Shown here piece after piece: positions 9,162 to 18,932 of a stretch of 64,000 nucleotides of DNA (positions are counted from its first letter, which is position 1; each line of letters begins with the position of its first letter). A program made the translations under genes and the position numbers. The notes under the pieces were generated by a model, which had not been told where the DNA came from, did not search any database, and saw only the letters and a program-made list of their open reading frames with translations. The DNA is from Myxococcota bacterium. GTDB taxonomy: Bacteria; Myxococcota; B64-G9. The DNA is taken from NCBI GenBank assembly GCA_035528415.1, contig DATKYQ010000044.1:4473-68472 (forward strand). Direction: 5' to 3'.

Positions 9162-10619
9162 ATGTCGGTCATCGCCACTGTCTTCAAAAAAGAATTGCTC
9201 GACGTCCTGCGCGATCGGCGCACGCTGATCTTCATGCTGGTCATCCCGACGCTGTCCATTCCCGTCCTGATGTGGGTCCTCACAAGCGTCATGGTTCACT
9301 TCACAGAAAAGTTGGCCCGCGAACAGGTGAACGTCCTGATGATCAATCCGCAGGCGGCACCGGATCTGGCAAAAGGCCTTACGGATCGCTCCACCATCGT
9401 CGGCCGGGCGCAGCGTGTCGCCGGGGTGCTTGGCGAGTACGGCATAGGCGAGAAGGAACTCGGCATGGTCAGTGGCGATTCACAGGCATTCATCAGACTG
9501 CTCGAGAAGAAAGGAGTCGATCCCGACCAGCTTGCGGCCCGGCTGCGGGGTGTCTCCGGGGACGATGAGTTCGATTTTTCGCCCGCCGGTATCATCGGCA
9601 GCGCCTACCCACCCAATTTCCATATCATCACCTCATTGCCCACGGGGATGCCGGACGTCTCCGACCCAGCCGACAGGCAGGCGGCCTTGCTGCAAGCCGT
9701 CCGTCGGGACAAGATCGCCGCCGCCGTCGAGTTCGAGCAGGATGCCCCGAAGCGCTTGGCCGGGGGCAATTTCACCGTGGTAAAAGTATACTACATCGAG
9801 ACGTCCGATCGCTCGGCACGAGCATTCAGAGGCCTGCGGACGATCCTGGGATCCCTGGGCAAGGATATCACCATCGAGAGGATCCGCGCCCACGATCTGC
9901 CGCCGGGGTTCGCAACGCCAATAAAAGTGCGCTCGCGGCGCCTGCCGGGGCCGAGCTTGATGGCCAAGATCCTTTCGCAGATCCTTCCCTACATGATCCT
10001 GCTCTTTTCCATGCTCGGCGCCCTCTACCCGGCCATCGATCTCGGCGCGGGCGAGAAAGAACGCGGCACGCTGGAGACGCTGTTGGTAGCCCCGGTCAGC
10101 AGGTTGTCCATCGTGCTCGGCAAGTTCACCGTGATTCTCTTAGCAGCGCTGGTGTCGGCGTTGCTGGCCACAGCAAGCCTTGCGATCTCCTTGCGGATCG
10201 GCGTCTTTGCGACCCTGTCGGTGATTGGCGGCGGATCGTTCACTTTCAGCCCGATCGAGGCGCTGGTGGCTTTACTGATGGTGGTGCCGGTCGGCTGCAT
10301 CTTCGCGGCGCTGCTTTTGGCCATCTCAATCTTCGCCAAGAGCTTTAAGGAGGCCCAGTCCTATGCCAGCCCGTTGCAGATGTTCATCGTCATGCCGGCC
10401 TTCGCCTCATTCATCCCCGGAGTCGATCTCGACTGGCTGACCGCCTCCATTCCAATCGTCAACGTATCGCTGGCGCTCAAGGAAATATTCACCGGCAATC
10501 TCGACCAGCATTGGGCTCACGTGGGCCTGATCTTTTTATCCACCACTTTCTACGCGGGACTGTTGCTGTGGTTCGCCGCCTGGTGGTTCCGCCGTGAGCA
10601 GGTTCTTTTCAGGTCTTGA
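9162..10619 (+). CDS. ABC-2 family transporter permease (NatB-like, large extracytoplasmic loop)
   Basis: N-terminal TM, about 250-aa loop, then 5 C-terminal TM segments; typical NatB N-terminus MSVIATVFKKELLDVLRDRRTLIFMLVIP. Confidence 0.75.
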   Translation: MSVIATVFKKELLDVLRDRRTLIFMLVIPTLSIPVLMWVLTSVMVHFTEKLAREQVNVLMINPQAAPDLAKGLTDRSTIVGRAQRVAGVLGEYGIGEKELGMVSGDSQAFIRLLEKKGVDPDQLAARLRGVSGDDEFDFSPAGIIGSAYPPNFHIITSLPTGMPDVSDPADRQAALLQAVRRDKIAAAVEFEQDAPKRLAGGNFTVVKVYYIETSDRSARAFRGLRTILGSLGKDITIERIRAHDLPPGFATPIKVRSRRLPGPSLMAKILSQILPYMILLFSMLGALYPAIDLGAGEKERGTLETLLVAPVSRLSIVLGKFTVILLAALVSALLATASLAISLRIGVFATLSVIGGGSFTFSPIEALVALLMVVPVGCIFAALLLAISIFAKSFKEAQSYASPLQMFIVMPAFASFIPGVDLDWLTASIPIVNVSLALKEIFTGNLDQHWAHVGLIFLSTTFYAGLLLWFAAWWFRREQVLFRS

Positions 10620-10677
10620 TACAATAATTGACAAGGCTCGCGGCTAAACCATATAAGGGCGCATCCGGAGGTGCGCT

Positions 10678-11973
10678 GTGAGCGTGACAATCGGTGTCCG
10701 CAGGGAAGATAAAAACGTATTCGAGCGCAGAACACCGCTCTTGCCGGATCACGTAAAAAGACTCGTCGGCGCAGGGATCGAGGTCGTCGTCCAGCCTTCC
10801 CCGATTCGGGCCGTAGACGATGCGGCTTACCGCGCGGCCGGGGCGCGGGTGGACGAGGATCTCTCGGGCTGCGCGGTCGTCTTTGCCGTCAAGGAGATCC
10901 CGGAGACAATGTTCAGGCGCGACGGCGTCTACGTTTTTTTCGCTCATGTCATCAAGGGTCAGGCTCACAACATGCCTATGCTGACCAGGCTGCTCAATCT
11001 CGGCTGTTCGCTGGTCGACTATGAAAAGGTGACTGATGCTTCGGGCCGTCGACTCATTTTCTTCGGCCGCCATGCCGGGCTGGCGGGAATGATCGACAGC
11101 CTCTGGGCCCTGGGACGGCGTCTCGAGTGGGAAGGCCACCAGACGGCCTTCTCGGCGATCAGGCCGACACACGAGTACACAGATCTTGCGCAGGCCAAGC
11201 AGGCCGTAGCCGAAGTCGGGCGGCGCTTGGAGCGAGAGGGCCTCCCTGCAGAGCTTACGCCCATGGTGTTCGGCTTTGCCGGCTACGGCAACGTCTCTGG
11301 CGGGGCCCAGGAGGTGTTCGACATCCTGCCGCATGAAACACTGTCGCCTGTCGAACTCGATACGTCCGCGGACAAGCAATCCGGCGTTCTTTACAAAGTC
11401 GTCTTCAAGGAAGAACACATGGCCGAGCCCAGGCTGCCGGGCCACCTGTTCGAGCTGCAGGAGTACTACGACCACCCGGAGCGCTTCAGGGGAACCTTCG
11501 CCCGCCACCTGCGCCGACTTACTGTGCTGATGAACTGTATCTACTGGACCGAGCGCTATCCCAGACTGGTGACGCGCGCCATGCTCGATGAGATCTGGCG
11601 CGAAGAAAAGCCCCGGCTGAAAGTCATCGGCGATATCAGCTGCGACGTCGAGGGCGCGATCGAGTGCACTCTCAAATGCACGGAGACGGATGCTCCGGTA
11701 TACGTCTACAACGTCCGTCAAGGTTCAATCAGCCCGGGCGTAGCCGGTGACGGCCCGGTAGTACTGGCCGTCGACAACTTGCCCTGCGAGTTGCCGATCG
11801 AGAGCTCTCGTGACTTCGGGGACGTGCTGATGCCGTTCGTCGCCGATATCGCCAGGGCCGATTTCTCGCGGCCCGTTTCCGAATTGGAGCTGCCTGCCCC
11901 GATCAAGAGAGCCTTGATAGTCCACCGGGGTGAGCTGACTTCCGACTACCGCTACCTGCAATCACATCTTTAA
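10678..11973 (+). CDS. Lysine-ketoglutarate reductase (saccharopine dehydrogenase, L-lysine-forming; AlaDH/PNT family)
   Basis: GTG start with GGAG 7 nt upstream; N-terminus MSVTIGVRREDKNVFERRTPLLPDHVKRL matches the conserved LKR N-terminus (ALRREDVNAWERRAPL in eukaryotic AASS). Confidence 0.75.
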   Translation: MSVTIGVRREDKNVFERRTPLLPDHVKRLVGAGIEVVVQPSPIRAVDDAAYRAAGARVDEDLSGCAVVFAVKEIPETMFRRDGVYVFFAHVIKGQAHNMPMLTRLLNLGCSLVDYEKVTDASGRRLIFFGRHAGLAGMIDSLWALGRRLEWEGHQTAFSAIRPTHEYTDLAQAKQAVAEVGRRLEREGLPAELTPMVFGFAGYGNVSGGAQEVFDILPHETLSPVELDTSADKQSGVLYKVVFKEEHMAEPRLPGHLFELQEYYDHPERFRGTFARHLRRLTVLMNCIYWTERYPRLVTRAMLDEIWREEKPRLKVIGDISCDVEGAIECTLKCTETDAPVYVYNVRQGSISPGVAGDGPVVLAVDNLPCELPIESSRDFGDVLMPFVADIARADFSRPVSELELPAPIKRALIVHRGELTSDYRYLQSHL

Positions 11974-11986
11974 TAGGAGAACCATC

Positions 11987-13300
11987 GTGAAAAAAGTATT
12001 GGTTCTGGGGGCCGGGCTGGTTTCGCGCCCACTGGTGCGTTACCTGCTGGACAACGGATTCGAGGTAACCGTTGCCAGCCGCACCGTTGCCAAGGCCGAA
12101 AGGCTAATCGCCGGCCACTCTCACGGCCGGGCCTTGTCTCTAAACGTGGACGATGTCAGCGCCATGCGCGAACTGATCGCCGCCTGCGACATGGCGGTCA
12201 GCCTGTTGCCCGCCACGCGCCACATCGAGGTTGCCCGCGCCTGCCTGGATCTTGGCAAGCACATGGCAACCACTTCGTATGTCAGCCCCCAGATGCGGGC
12301 CCTGGATGGAGAGGCCCGCCGGAAAGGCCTACTGCTGCTAAACGAGATGGGCGTCGACCCGGGCATCGATCACATGTCCGCTATGAAGGTTATCCATCGC
12401 GAGGAGGCTGCAGGCGGCACGCTGGTGGGTTTCTCTTCCTGGTGCGGCGGACTGCCCGCCCCCGAGGCCAACGACAACCCCTTCGGCTACAAGTTCTCCT
12501 GGAGCCCCAAGGGAGTGTTGATAGCGGCCCGCAACGGCGCACGCTACCTGAAAGACGGAAGGGTTGTCGAAGTGCTTCCAGAACGTCTCTTTGCAGATCC
12601 GGCCTCGGTGGATATTCCAGGTGTCGGAAATTTCGAGGGCTACCCCAATCGCGACTCGGTGGCCTACATGAACACCTATGGCTTCGACGAACGGGTCAGG
12701 GACATGTTCCGTGGAACCCTGCGCAACAAGGGCCATTGCAGGCTCTATACCCAGCTGATCGAGTTGGGCTTGCTGGAAGACCAGCCGCGCCGGGAATTGT
12801 CCGGTCTTTCATGCCTGGATCTTATGGAAAAGCTCTTCGGCAAGCCGGTCACGGAGACTATCCCCGAAAGGTTAGGAGTCTCTCCCGGCGAGTCACCGAT
12901 CGAGGCCCTCGGCTACATCGGCCTGCTCGAAGATCGCCCGATCGACATGCAGGCGGGAACGCTCATGGACCTGCTGGCCGATCGCATGAACGCGGCCCTG
13001 TGCTACAAGGAAAGCGAACGGGACATGTTGCTCATGCGCCACGATATCACATTCAGCTACGCGGACGGCGACCGGCGCGAGCGCATCACGGCTGTCATGG
13101 TCGACTACGGCATTCCCGGCCAGGACAGCTCGATGGCCCGCACCGTCTCGCTGCCGACCGCCATCGGCGTCCGCATGCTGCTCGAGGATCGCATCAAGAT
13201 AAAAGGTGTTCACATTCCGATCAAGCCTGAGATCTACGAGCCCGTGCTTGCGGAACTTGAGCGCCTTAACATCGCTTTCAGCGAGACCCGATCGATCTGA
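11987..13300 (+). CDS. Saccharopine dehydrogenase (NAD+, L-glutamate-forming) domain protein
   Basis: GTG start with AGGAGA RBS; Rossmann motif KKVLVLGAGLVSRPLVRYLLDNGFEVTVASR; length and layout match the SDH half of the bifunctional LKR/SDH enzyme. Confidence 0.8.
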   Translation: MKKVLVLGAGLVSRPLVRYLLDNGFEVTVASRTVAKAERLIAGHSHGRALSLNVDDVSAMRELIAACDMAVSLLPATRHIEVARACLDLGKHMATTSYVSPQMRALDGEARRKGLLLLNEMGVDPGIDHMSAMKVIHREEAAGGTLVGFSSWCGGLPAPEANDNPFGYKFSWSPKGVLIAARNGARYLKDGRVVEVLPERLFADPASVDIPGVGNFEGYPNRDSVAYMNTYGFDERVRDMFRGTLRNKGHCRLYTQLIELGLLEDQPRRELSGLSCLDLMEKLFGKPVTETIPERLGVSPGESPIEALGYIGLLEDRPIDMQAGTLMDLLADRMNAALCYKESERDMLLMRHDITFSYADGDRRERITAVMVDYGIPGQDSSMARTVSLPTAIGVRMLLEDRIKIKGVHIPIKPEIYEPVLAELERLNIAFSETRSI

Positions 13301-13357
13301 TACGGTAACGCGACGCTGTAATTGACTCACGCCGGATATGACAATAGTATTATTCTT

Positions 13358-13909
13358 ATGAAACGATTGGTGTGCGTCATTTTCTGCCTCGCTCTCGCCC
13401 TACCGGCTGCGGCGGCCACGGTAGAGGCCAACTGGAACGCGGTCAGCCGGGATGTCAACGGCCAGCCGGAGTCTGTCAGCCACTACATACTCTACTATGG
13501 TGAGACGGCCCGGCCAGGCAACGTCGTCCACCCTTCCGATCCGGCCTTCGCCTATGATCATCAGGCCAATGTTGGCAACGTCACCCAGGTACAGCAGGGC
13601 AACTTGACGGTCGGACAGACTTATTTTTTCGCAGTCGCCGCGGTCGACGCGGCCGGCAACCTTTCCGACTATTCCGGCGAGGTGAGCATCATTGTCCCCG
13701 AGCCATCCGACGGCGGCCCGTCTGATGGCGGCCCGTCTGATGGTGACTCCCATACAGATGCCGGAGCCGACAGCGGACAGCAGGTGGATAGCGGGGGGCA
13801 GACCGTCAGCGGCGGCTGCGGCTGCGCCGCCGCGGGCACGGCCCGCTCTTGCTGGTTGATGATACTGCTGGTGCCGCTCGTCCTCCGCAAACAGGTCCGA
13901 TCAGCTTGA
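13358..13909 (+). CDS. Secreted FN3-like domain protein with MYXO-CTERM-like C-terminal sorting tail
   Basis: Signal peptide MKRLVCVIFCLALALPAAAA; FN3-like body (YILYYGETARPG ... GQTYFFAVAAVDAAGNLSDYSGEVSI); tandem SDGGP repeats; C-terminus SGGCGCAAAGTARSCWLMILLVPLVLRKQVRSA (GC-x-C, TM, basic). Confidence 0.6.
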   Translation: MKRLVCVIFCLALALPAAAATVEANWNAVSRDVNGQPESVSHYILYYGETARPGNVVHPSDPAFAYDHQANVGNVTQVQQGNLTVGQTYFFAVAAVDAAGNLSDYSGEVSIIVPEPSDGGPSDGGPSDGDSHTDAGADSGQQVDSGGQTVSGGCGCAAAGTARSCWLMILLVPLVLRKQVRSA

Positions 13910-14847
13910 AAAACAGCCGCCGAGACTTTGTTCGCAAAAGCATCTTGGCAGGCGCAGCCGTTGCGCTGTGCAAGACGCGTCTCGGCCGGGCAGCGGCGAG
14001 AACCGGCCCGGCCAAGTCTGCGGTTCGTCCCGAACTTGCCGCGGTCAGCGGAAAAGACGCCGGGCGTATGTTCGCGCGGGCAGTCGATCTCCTGGGAGGA
14101 GCCGAGAAATTCGTCTCGCCCGGCGATCGGGTGGTGATCAAGCCCAATGCCTCCTTTGCCAACCCCGCGAATTGGGGCAACAACACCAACCCCGAGGTGC
14201 TGGCCGCCGCCTGCGAGTTCTTCATAAAAGCCGGGGCGCGCAAGGTCGTAGTCGTCGACTATCCGCTCATGGGCGGAGCCAAGGCGCCCCAGGCCAATGG
14301 GCTGGCCGCCATATGCCGCGGCCTGTCCGGCGTGGAACTTTCCGTGCTGTCCGCCCGACACCAGTTTCGCAAGCTGTCAGTGCCCGGGGGAGAGACCCTG
14401 AAGACAGTTGAGGTGTCCCGCGAGGTGCTGGACGCCGACTTGCTCGTCAACCTGCCGGTGGCCAAGGCGCACGACGCCGTGGCGGCCAGCATCGGCCTGA
14501 AGAACTTGATGGGGATAATATGGGACAGGGCCGCCTTTCATACCATGCTGGAGATCAACCGCGCCATCGCCGAGCTTTCACTGGCGGTGCGCCCACAGCT
14601 GACCGTCGTCGATATGACCCGGGTGATGGTGACCAATGGCCCTAAGGGGCCGGGCGAGGTTGCCACCCCTAACTTGTTGGTGGCCTCGAGCGATCCCATC
14701 GCCGCCGACGCCTACAGCTTGACCAAGGCGCGCTTCAACGGGCGCCGCTTCCGGCCCAAGCAGATTCGCTATCTGCGCTATGCCCACCAGGCCGGACTGG
14801 GCGAGATCGATCTTTCTGCGGTCGATATCCGCGAGGACCGTGTGTGA
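13906..14847 (+). CDS. Tat-signal DUF362-family protein (paralogue of 5830..6879)
   Basis: TTG at 13906 overlaps the upstream stop (TTGA) and gives MKNSRRDFVRKSILAGAAVALC (Tat motif); blocks VVIKPNASFANP, VNLPVAKAHD, IAADAYSL shared with the other DUF362 copy. Confidence 0.65.
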   Translation: MKNSRRDFVRKSILAGAAVALCKTRLGRAAARTGPAKSAVRPELAAVSGKDAGRMFARAVDLLGGAEKFVSPGDRVVIKPNASFANPANWGNNTNPEVLAAACEFFIKAGARKVVVVDYPLMGGAKAPQANGLAAICRGLSGVELSVLSARHQFRKLSVPGGETLKTVEVSREVLDADLLVNLPVAKAHDAVAASIGLKNLMGIIWDRAAFHTMLEINRAIAELSLAVRPQLTVVDMTRVMVTNGPKGPGEVATPNLLVASSDPIAADAYSLTKARFNGRRFRPKQIRYLRYAHQAGLGEIDLSAVDIREDRV

Positions 14848-17800
14848 GCCACCGGTTTATCGGTTTTCTGCTTGTTTTTGCAATCCTCGCCTGGCTGCCG
14901 GGCCAGGCCGCCGCTGGCATGCGCTATCCACGCGTTGTACGCGATTCGCAGGGGACCTGGATAGCCACCGACGAGGCGCTGATTCACCTGGTCGGTGATC
15001 TTTGGACTTTCTACGGTACAAACGACGGCTTACCGGCCGACCGGGTGCGCATGGTGGCGCCCGACGACCGCGAGGTCTGGGCGGCCACGCCGCGCGGCCT
15101 GGGCCGCATGGATCGCAGTTCGCGGCGCTGGGAGGCTTTCACGGCGCCCGACCCGTTGCCTTCAAGCAACGTCTTTGCCGTTGCGGTTGACGACCGCTAC
15201 GCATGGGTGGGCACCGCGCGGGGCGCCGTACGCTACGATAAGACCAGCCGTGAATGGAGCCGTCTTGCCGACGCCGGCGGTCCGGGTGAGCAAGCGGTGT
15301 TCGACGTACTCTCGTTCGGGCGCAGCGTCTGGCTGGCCACCACCCGGGGCGTCTATCGCTACGACCGTCAGACGCAGGTCTTCAGGCATTTTGGACCGCA
15401 GGAAGGGCTCGACCTGGGTGATGTCTTCGAGATCGTCCTGGCCGGCCAGAGCCTGTGGTTCTTGTGCCGCCGGGGATTGGCCCGCTTCGATCTGCACAGC
15501 GAGGCCATCTCGACATTTACCGAAAAGGACGGCCTGCCTAGTACGCGAATTACCGCCTTTGCCCAGGTGCAGGGAGACATATGGATAGCCACCCCCAAGG
15601 GCATGGCGGTTTACAGTCCGGGCGCCGACGCCATCGGGCCTTTCATCTACTCCCGCGGCATGCCGGCCGGCACGGTGACAGGGATCGAGGCGGCCCTGCC
15701 ATGGGTATGGGTCTCTAGCGATCACGGCCTGGGCATGTTCAACACTTTGCGCCGTGTGTGGGAGGAGAAGCGATCCGCGGATGGCCTGGCCAATAACATC
15801 ATCGATGGAATCGCCATGGCCGGCTCGACCTTGGTACTTCTTCAGCCAGGAGGCTACCAGGGCTATCTGATCCAGCAGGACGACTGGGTGACCTACTCGC
15901 GGGATGATGTCTGGTCTGGCACGATGGGAACCAGGAGCGAACCGTCCGCCTGGCGCTTCAATTTCGAGATGACCCTCAGCGGCGAGGGAAACTTCTCGAA
16001 ATCCGGCGGTAGCTGGGAAAACAACCGGCAACTAGTGCCCGACCTGCGCCTGGGAATGGGAACCGAGCTGGAAGGCGGGCGTACGCTGGACGCCTCGATT
16101 CGTCTCGATGCAGGCGATGTCACCCTGCCGGGAATACGCGAATACGACGCGGAGTTACGTATCAGGGGCAACCAGACCGACACCATCCGCGAGCTGCTTG
16201 TATCCGACATGATGCCGCTGATGGGCAACGAGAACGACCACGATCTGATCGCCGACGCCTGGCTCGAGGGTCTGGGTATCCGCCAGCGCATGGGAGACGG
16301 CACCGGGCGCAAGCGCGATCCAGTCGAGGTCGAAGCCGACGTCGGCCTGCGCCGGGGTGTGCGCCAGCGCGAGTTCTTCCGTGGCTCGATCGATCTCAGC
16401 TACCAGCTGGCCAAGCAATACATTACGCCCGGCTCGGACATCGTCAAGGTCGACGGCATGATCCTCGAGCGCGGCGTCGACTACATCATCACTCACACCA
16501 CCGGTCAGCTTTCCTTCCTGAATCCCGATCGGGTCAACGCCCTCAGCCTGATCGAGGTCAACTACACCTACGAGCAGATCCCCCGCAAGGAAACCTCCGG
16601 GCGCTCGCTTCTGGAGATGCTTCCCTGGGACAACGAGCTGGGAACCTTCGTGCGCTCCGGCACGCCGGTTTACGTGACTGACGAGGGGGGTCTGTATGCC
16701 CAGATCGACGGAGCGGCGCCCAAGTATATCGATCGAGGTTGGGTCGAGAGCGTCTTTCAGGACTATTCCCAGGGCTCGACCAAGGTAAGCGTGCAGATCC
16801 ACGACATGGGCTCGCTCGAACAAGCCTCCGAGATCTTCGACTACGACCGTCCGGTCTCGTACCAGGTCTTGTTCGAGGACGAGGACTCCGTCGCCCTGCT
16901 GGACGAGAGCCTGCCATCGGGCTACGCGGTCAAGATGCGCATGGATCGTTTCTACGTCGAGCTGACGATCGACGAGAAGAGCCGATCGTCCGAGATCCTG
17001 GTAAACCTCTTCGCCCAGGCAATTAAGACCAAGGGCAGCCTGTCCGGCACTCTGATGGACTCGCTGCGTCCGTTGATCGGGCGCCTGCGCGTGGGTGTCA
17101 ACCCAAGCGATCACTACGGCTTCGGGGCATCCTACCTGGGCAGCGGGGACGTGGAAGACAACCAGATAGAGAAGCGCCTCGATCTCGACGCCGGACGTTA
17201 CGATCTGGCCAGCCTGGACATGTGGACGAACAACGACATCGGCGCCGGCGACTACGGCGGTAACCTGTACTCATTTCTCCAGGTGGCCAAGGGCCACGCC
17301 CAAAACGGCCCGACAGACAGCCAGGGGTACGCCGCCTCGGGCAATGTTCTATACAACGCCCCGGCTTTGAATCTGCGCCTGGACGGCGAGGCTCACTCGC
17401 GCGATTTCACCACGCTGGGCACGCGGGACACCCCGCTCGGCACCTTCGCCGCTGATGTCAGGGGAGACGCCACATTCATGCCACTGCGCTGGCTCTCGTT
17501 GCGCTTGCTGTACGATCACCAGCGTTCCTACCTGGCGCCCGAACTTGCCGCGGGCTCACCCGCCGACGGGGTGAACGAGAGCCAGCTGGGCAAGCTGACC
17601 TTCATGCGGGCGCGTTGGCCCACGCTCTGGTTTTTGGCCGGGCACAGCATCCTGCTGGGAGGCGGACATCGAGATGAGAAGATCCGCCTGGCCGGCAGCC
17701 TCGAGTACGACCTTGCAAAGGGGATCCTCGATTTTCTTGGTTTTCGCAAGCTGGCGGTCAAGGGTTATTTCGACAATTCATCGAGCGACGTCTCAGGCCC

Positions 17801-18917
17801 GCTAACTGCAGACAGCGGAAACTTCCAGGTCTTTGGATCGACGCCCGGAACGGCGCGCAATATGCGTTTCGAGTTGAAAGCCGCACCGACCCGCACCGAG
17901 GATTGTTACGCCCGCTTCGAGCGCAAGACGTTCGATCCCGCCCAGGGAATGACCGGCGGCCAGCAACCGCTCGAGTCCTGGGAACTGGTCATGGGCGCGG
18001 CCAGCCGCTATGTCGAGGGACTTGTGCCGACATTCAACGGCAAACTCTCCCGTTACAGGGGCAGCCAGCTTAAGGGCGACGCCGTGACGAATGTCGACAC
18101 GGCCCAGGCGCTCCTGTCGGGGCAGATCGAGATGTTTCCCGGACGCTGGATCGAGACTCTCGGCAGCCTGATGCTGGCGGTGGGTTACGGCTACACCAAC
18201 ACCGAAGAGGCCGAGGCCATGTCCATGCAGGCGCACCTGCAAAAGCACCAACTGGACGGGCGAGCGGCCTTCGGCAACTACGACGATCCGTTCCGCATCG
18301 AAACACGCGGCCGGTACTGGACGGTGTCAGAAGACGAGCACCAGGACAATACCGAACGTTTCTACGAGGTGCTAAACCGTCTGACCTTCAGGCCCATCTA
18401 TACGTCGCCCATCACGCTGCGCTTCGATATCAGCAGGCTTGAGCAAACTCCTATAGACACCCGGCGTAGCGGAGTCGTCATGCGCTACTTTCCCTCGATC
18501 GAGTGGGAGCGCCGCTGGTCGCTCGACCTGGCAACCAAGATTCGTATCGAGACGCCCTTGCGCCTATTGGATGACGCCCTGGACGAGAACCTGGGGGCCA
18601 ATGTTACTTTCAAGGAATGGTCGCTGAAGCCTTGGGTCGAGGCGCGCCTGCGCCTGCGTGACATGTGGCGGGGAAGCCTGTTGCGCCTCATCGTGCGAGG
18701 CTCGTTTGCCTGGGTCGACTGGTTCGAGTCCGGCACAGGCGCCGAGCGGGCCTGGGAAACAATGGGTTCTGTGTGGCTCGACTGGGAAAAGGCGGGCGTG
18801 TTCATCGTTCGTCTGGGAGTTATCTATACGCGCCACAAGTGCCAGGAGCGCGTCGGCACGGACTGCGCCAGCTTTCATTCCATCCAGCCGTCGATAAAGG
18901 CCATAGCACGCTTTTGA
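14844..18917 (+). CDS. Large (1357 aa) secreted protein: N-terminal two-component-regulator-propeller (Reg_prop/Y_Y_Y-like) repeats plus about 1000-aa C-terminal domain, putative outer-membrane beta-barrel
   Basis: GTG start overlaps the DUF362 stop (GTGA); signal peptide FIGFLLVFAILAWLPGQAAA; at least 6 repeats W-x-[AG]-T-x-x-G-[LAV]-x-R-[YFM]-D-x-x-x-x-x-W; C-terminal region with alternating hydrophobic patterning ending in ARF (aromatic terminal residue typical of OM barrels). Confidence 0.65.
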   Translation: MSHRFIGFLLVFAILAWLPGQAAAGMRYPRVVRDSQGTWIATDEALIHLVGDLWTFYGTNDGLPADRVRMVAPDDREVWAATPRGLGRMDRSSRRWEAFTAPDPLPSSNVFAVAVDDRYAWVGTARGAVRYDKTSREWSRLADAGGPGEQAVFDVLSFGRSVWLATTRGVYRYDRQTQVFRHFGPQEGLDLGDVFEIVLAGQSLWFLCRRGLARFDLHSEAISTFTEKDGLPSTRITAFAQVQGDIWIATPKGMAVYSPGADAIGPFIYSRGMPAGTVTGIEAALPWVWVSSDHGLGMFNTLRRVWEEKRSADGLANNIIDGIAMAGSTLVLLQPGGYQGYLIQQDDWVTYSRDDVWSGTMGTRSEPSAWRFNFEMTLSGEGNFSKSGGSWENNRQLVPDLRLGMGTELEGGRTLDASIRLDAGDVTLPGIREYDAELRIRGNQTDTIRELLVSDMMPLMGNENDHDLIADAWLEGLGIRQRMGDGTGRKRDPVEVEADVGLRRGVRQREFFRGSIDLSYQLAKQYITPGSDIVKVDGMILERGVDYIITHTTGQLSFLNPDRVNALSLIEVNYTYEQIPRKETSGRSLLEMLPWDNELGTFVRSGTPVYVTDEGGLYAQIDGAAPKYIDRGWVESVFQDYSQGSTKVSVQIHDMGSLEQASEIFDYDRPVSYQVLFEDEDSVALLDESLPSGYAVKMRMDRFYVELTIDEKSRSSEILVNLFAQAIKTKGSLSGTLMDSLRPLIGRLRVGVNPSDHYGFGASYLGSGDVEDNQIEKRLDLDAGRYDLASLDMWTNNDIGAGDYGGNLYSFLQVAKGHAQNGPTDSQGYAASGNVLYNAPALNLRLDGEAHSRDFTTLGTRDTPLGTFAADVRGDATFMPLRWLSLRLLYDHQRSYLAPELAAGSPADGVNESQLGKLTFMRARWPTLWFLAGHSILLGGGHRDEKIRLAGSLEYDLAKGILDFLGFRKLAVKGYFDNSSSDVSGPLTADSGNFQVFGSTPGTARNMRFELKAAPTRTEDCYARFERKTFDPAQGMTGGQQPLESWELVMGAASRYVEGLVPTFNGKLSRYRGSQLKGDAVTNVDTAQALLSGQIEMFPGRWIETLGSLMLAVGYGYTNTEEAEAMSMQAHLQKHQLDGRAAFGNYDDPFRIETRGRYWTVSEDEHQDNTERFYEVLNRLTFRPIYTSPITLRFDISRLEQTPIDTRRSGVVMRYFPSIEWERRWSLDLATKIRIETPLRLLDDALDENLGANVTFKEWSLKPWVEARLRLRDMWRGSLLRLIVRGSFAWVDWFESGTGAERAWETMGSVWLDWEKAGVFIVRLGVIYTRHKCQERVGTDCASFHSIQPSIKAIARF

Positions 18918-18932
18918 AAGGGAGAGTGTCGC

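Noticed and set aside
10609-11721. 370-aa minus-strand ORF
   Set aside because: Antisense to the lysine-ketoglutarate reductase gene, whose conserved N-terminal motif and RBS support the plus-strand reading.
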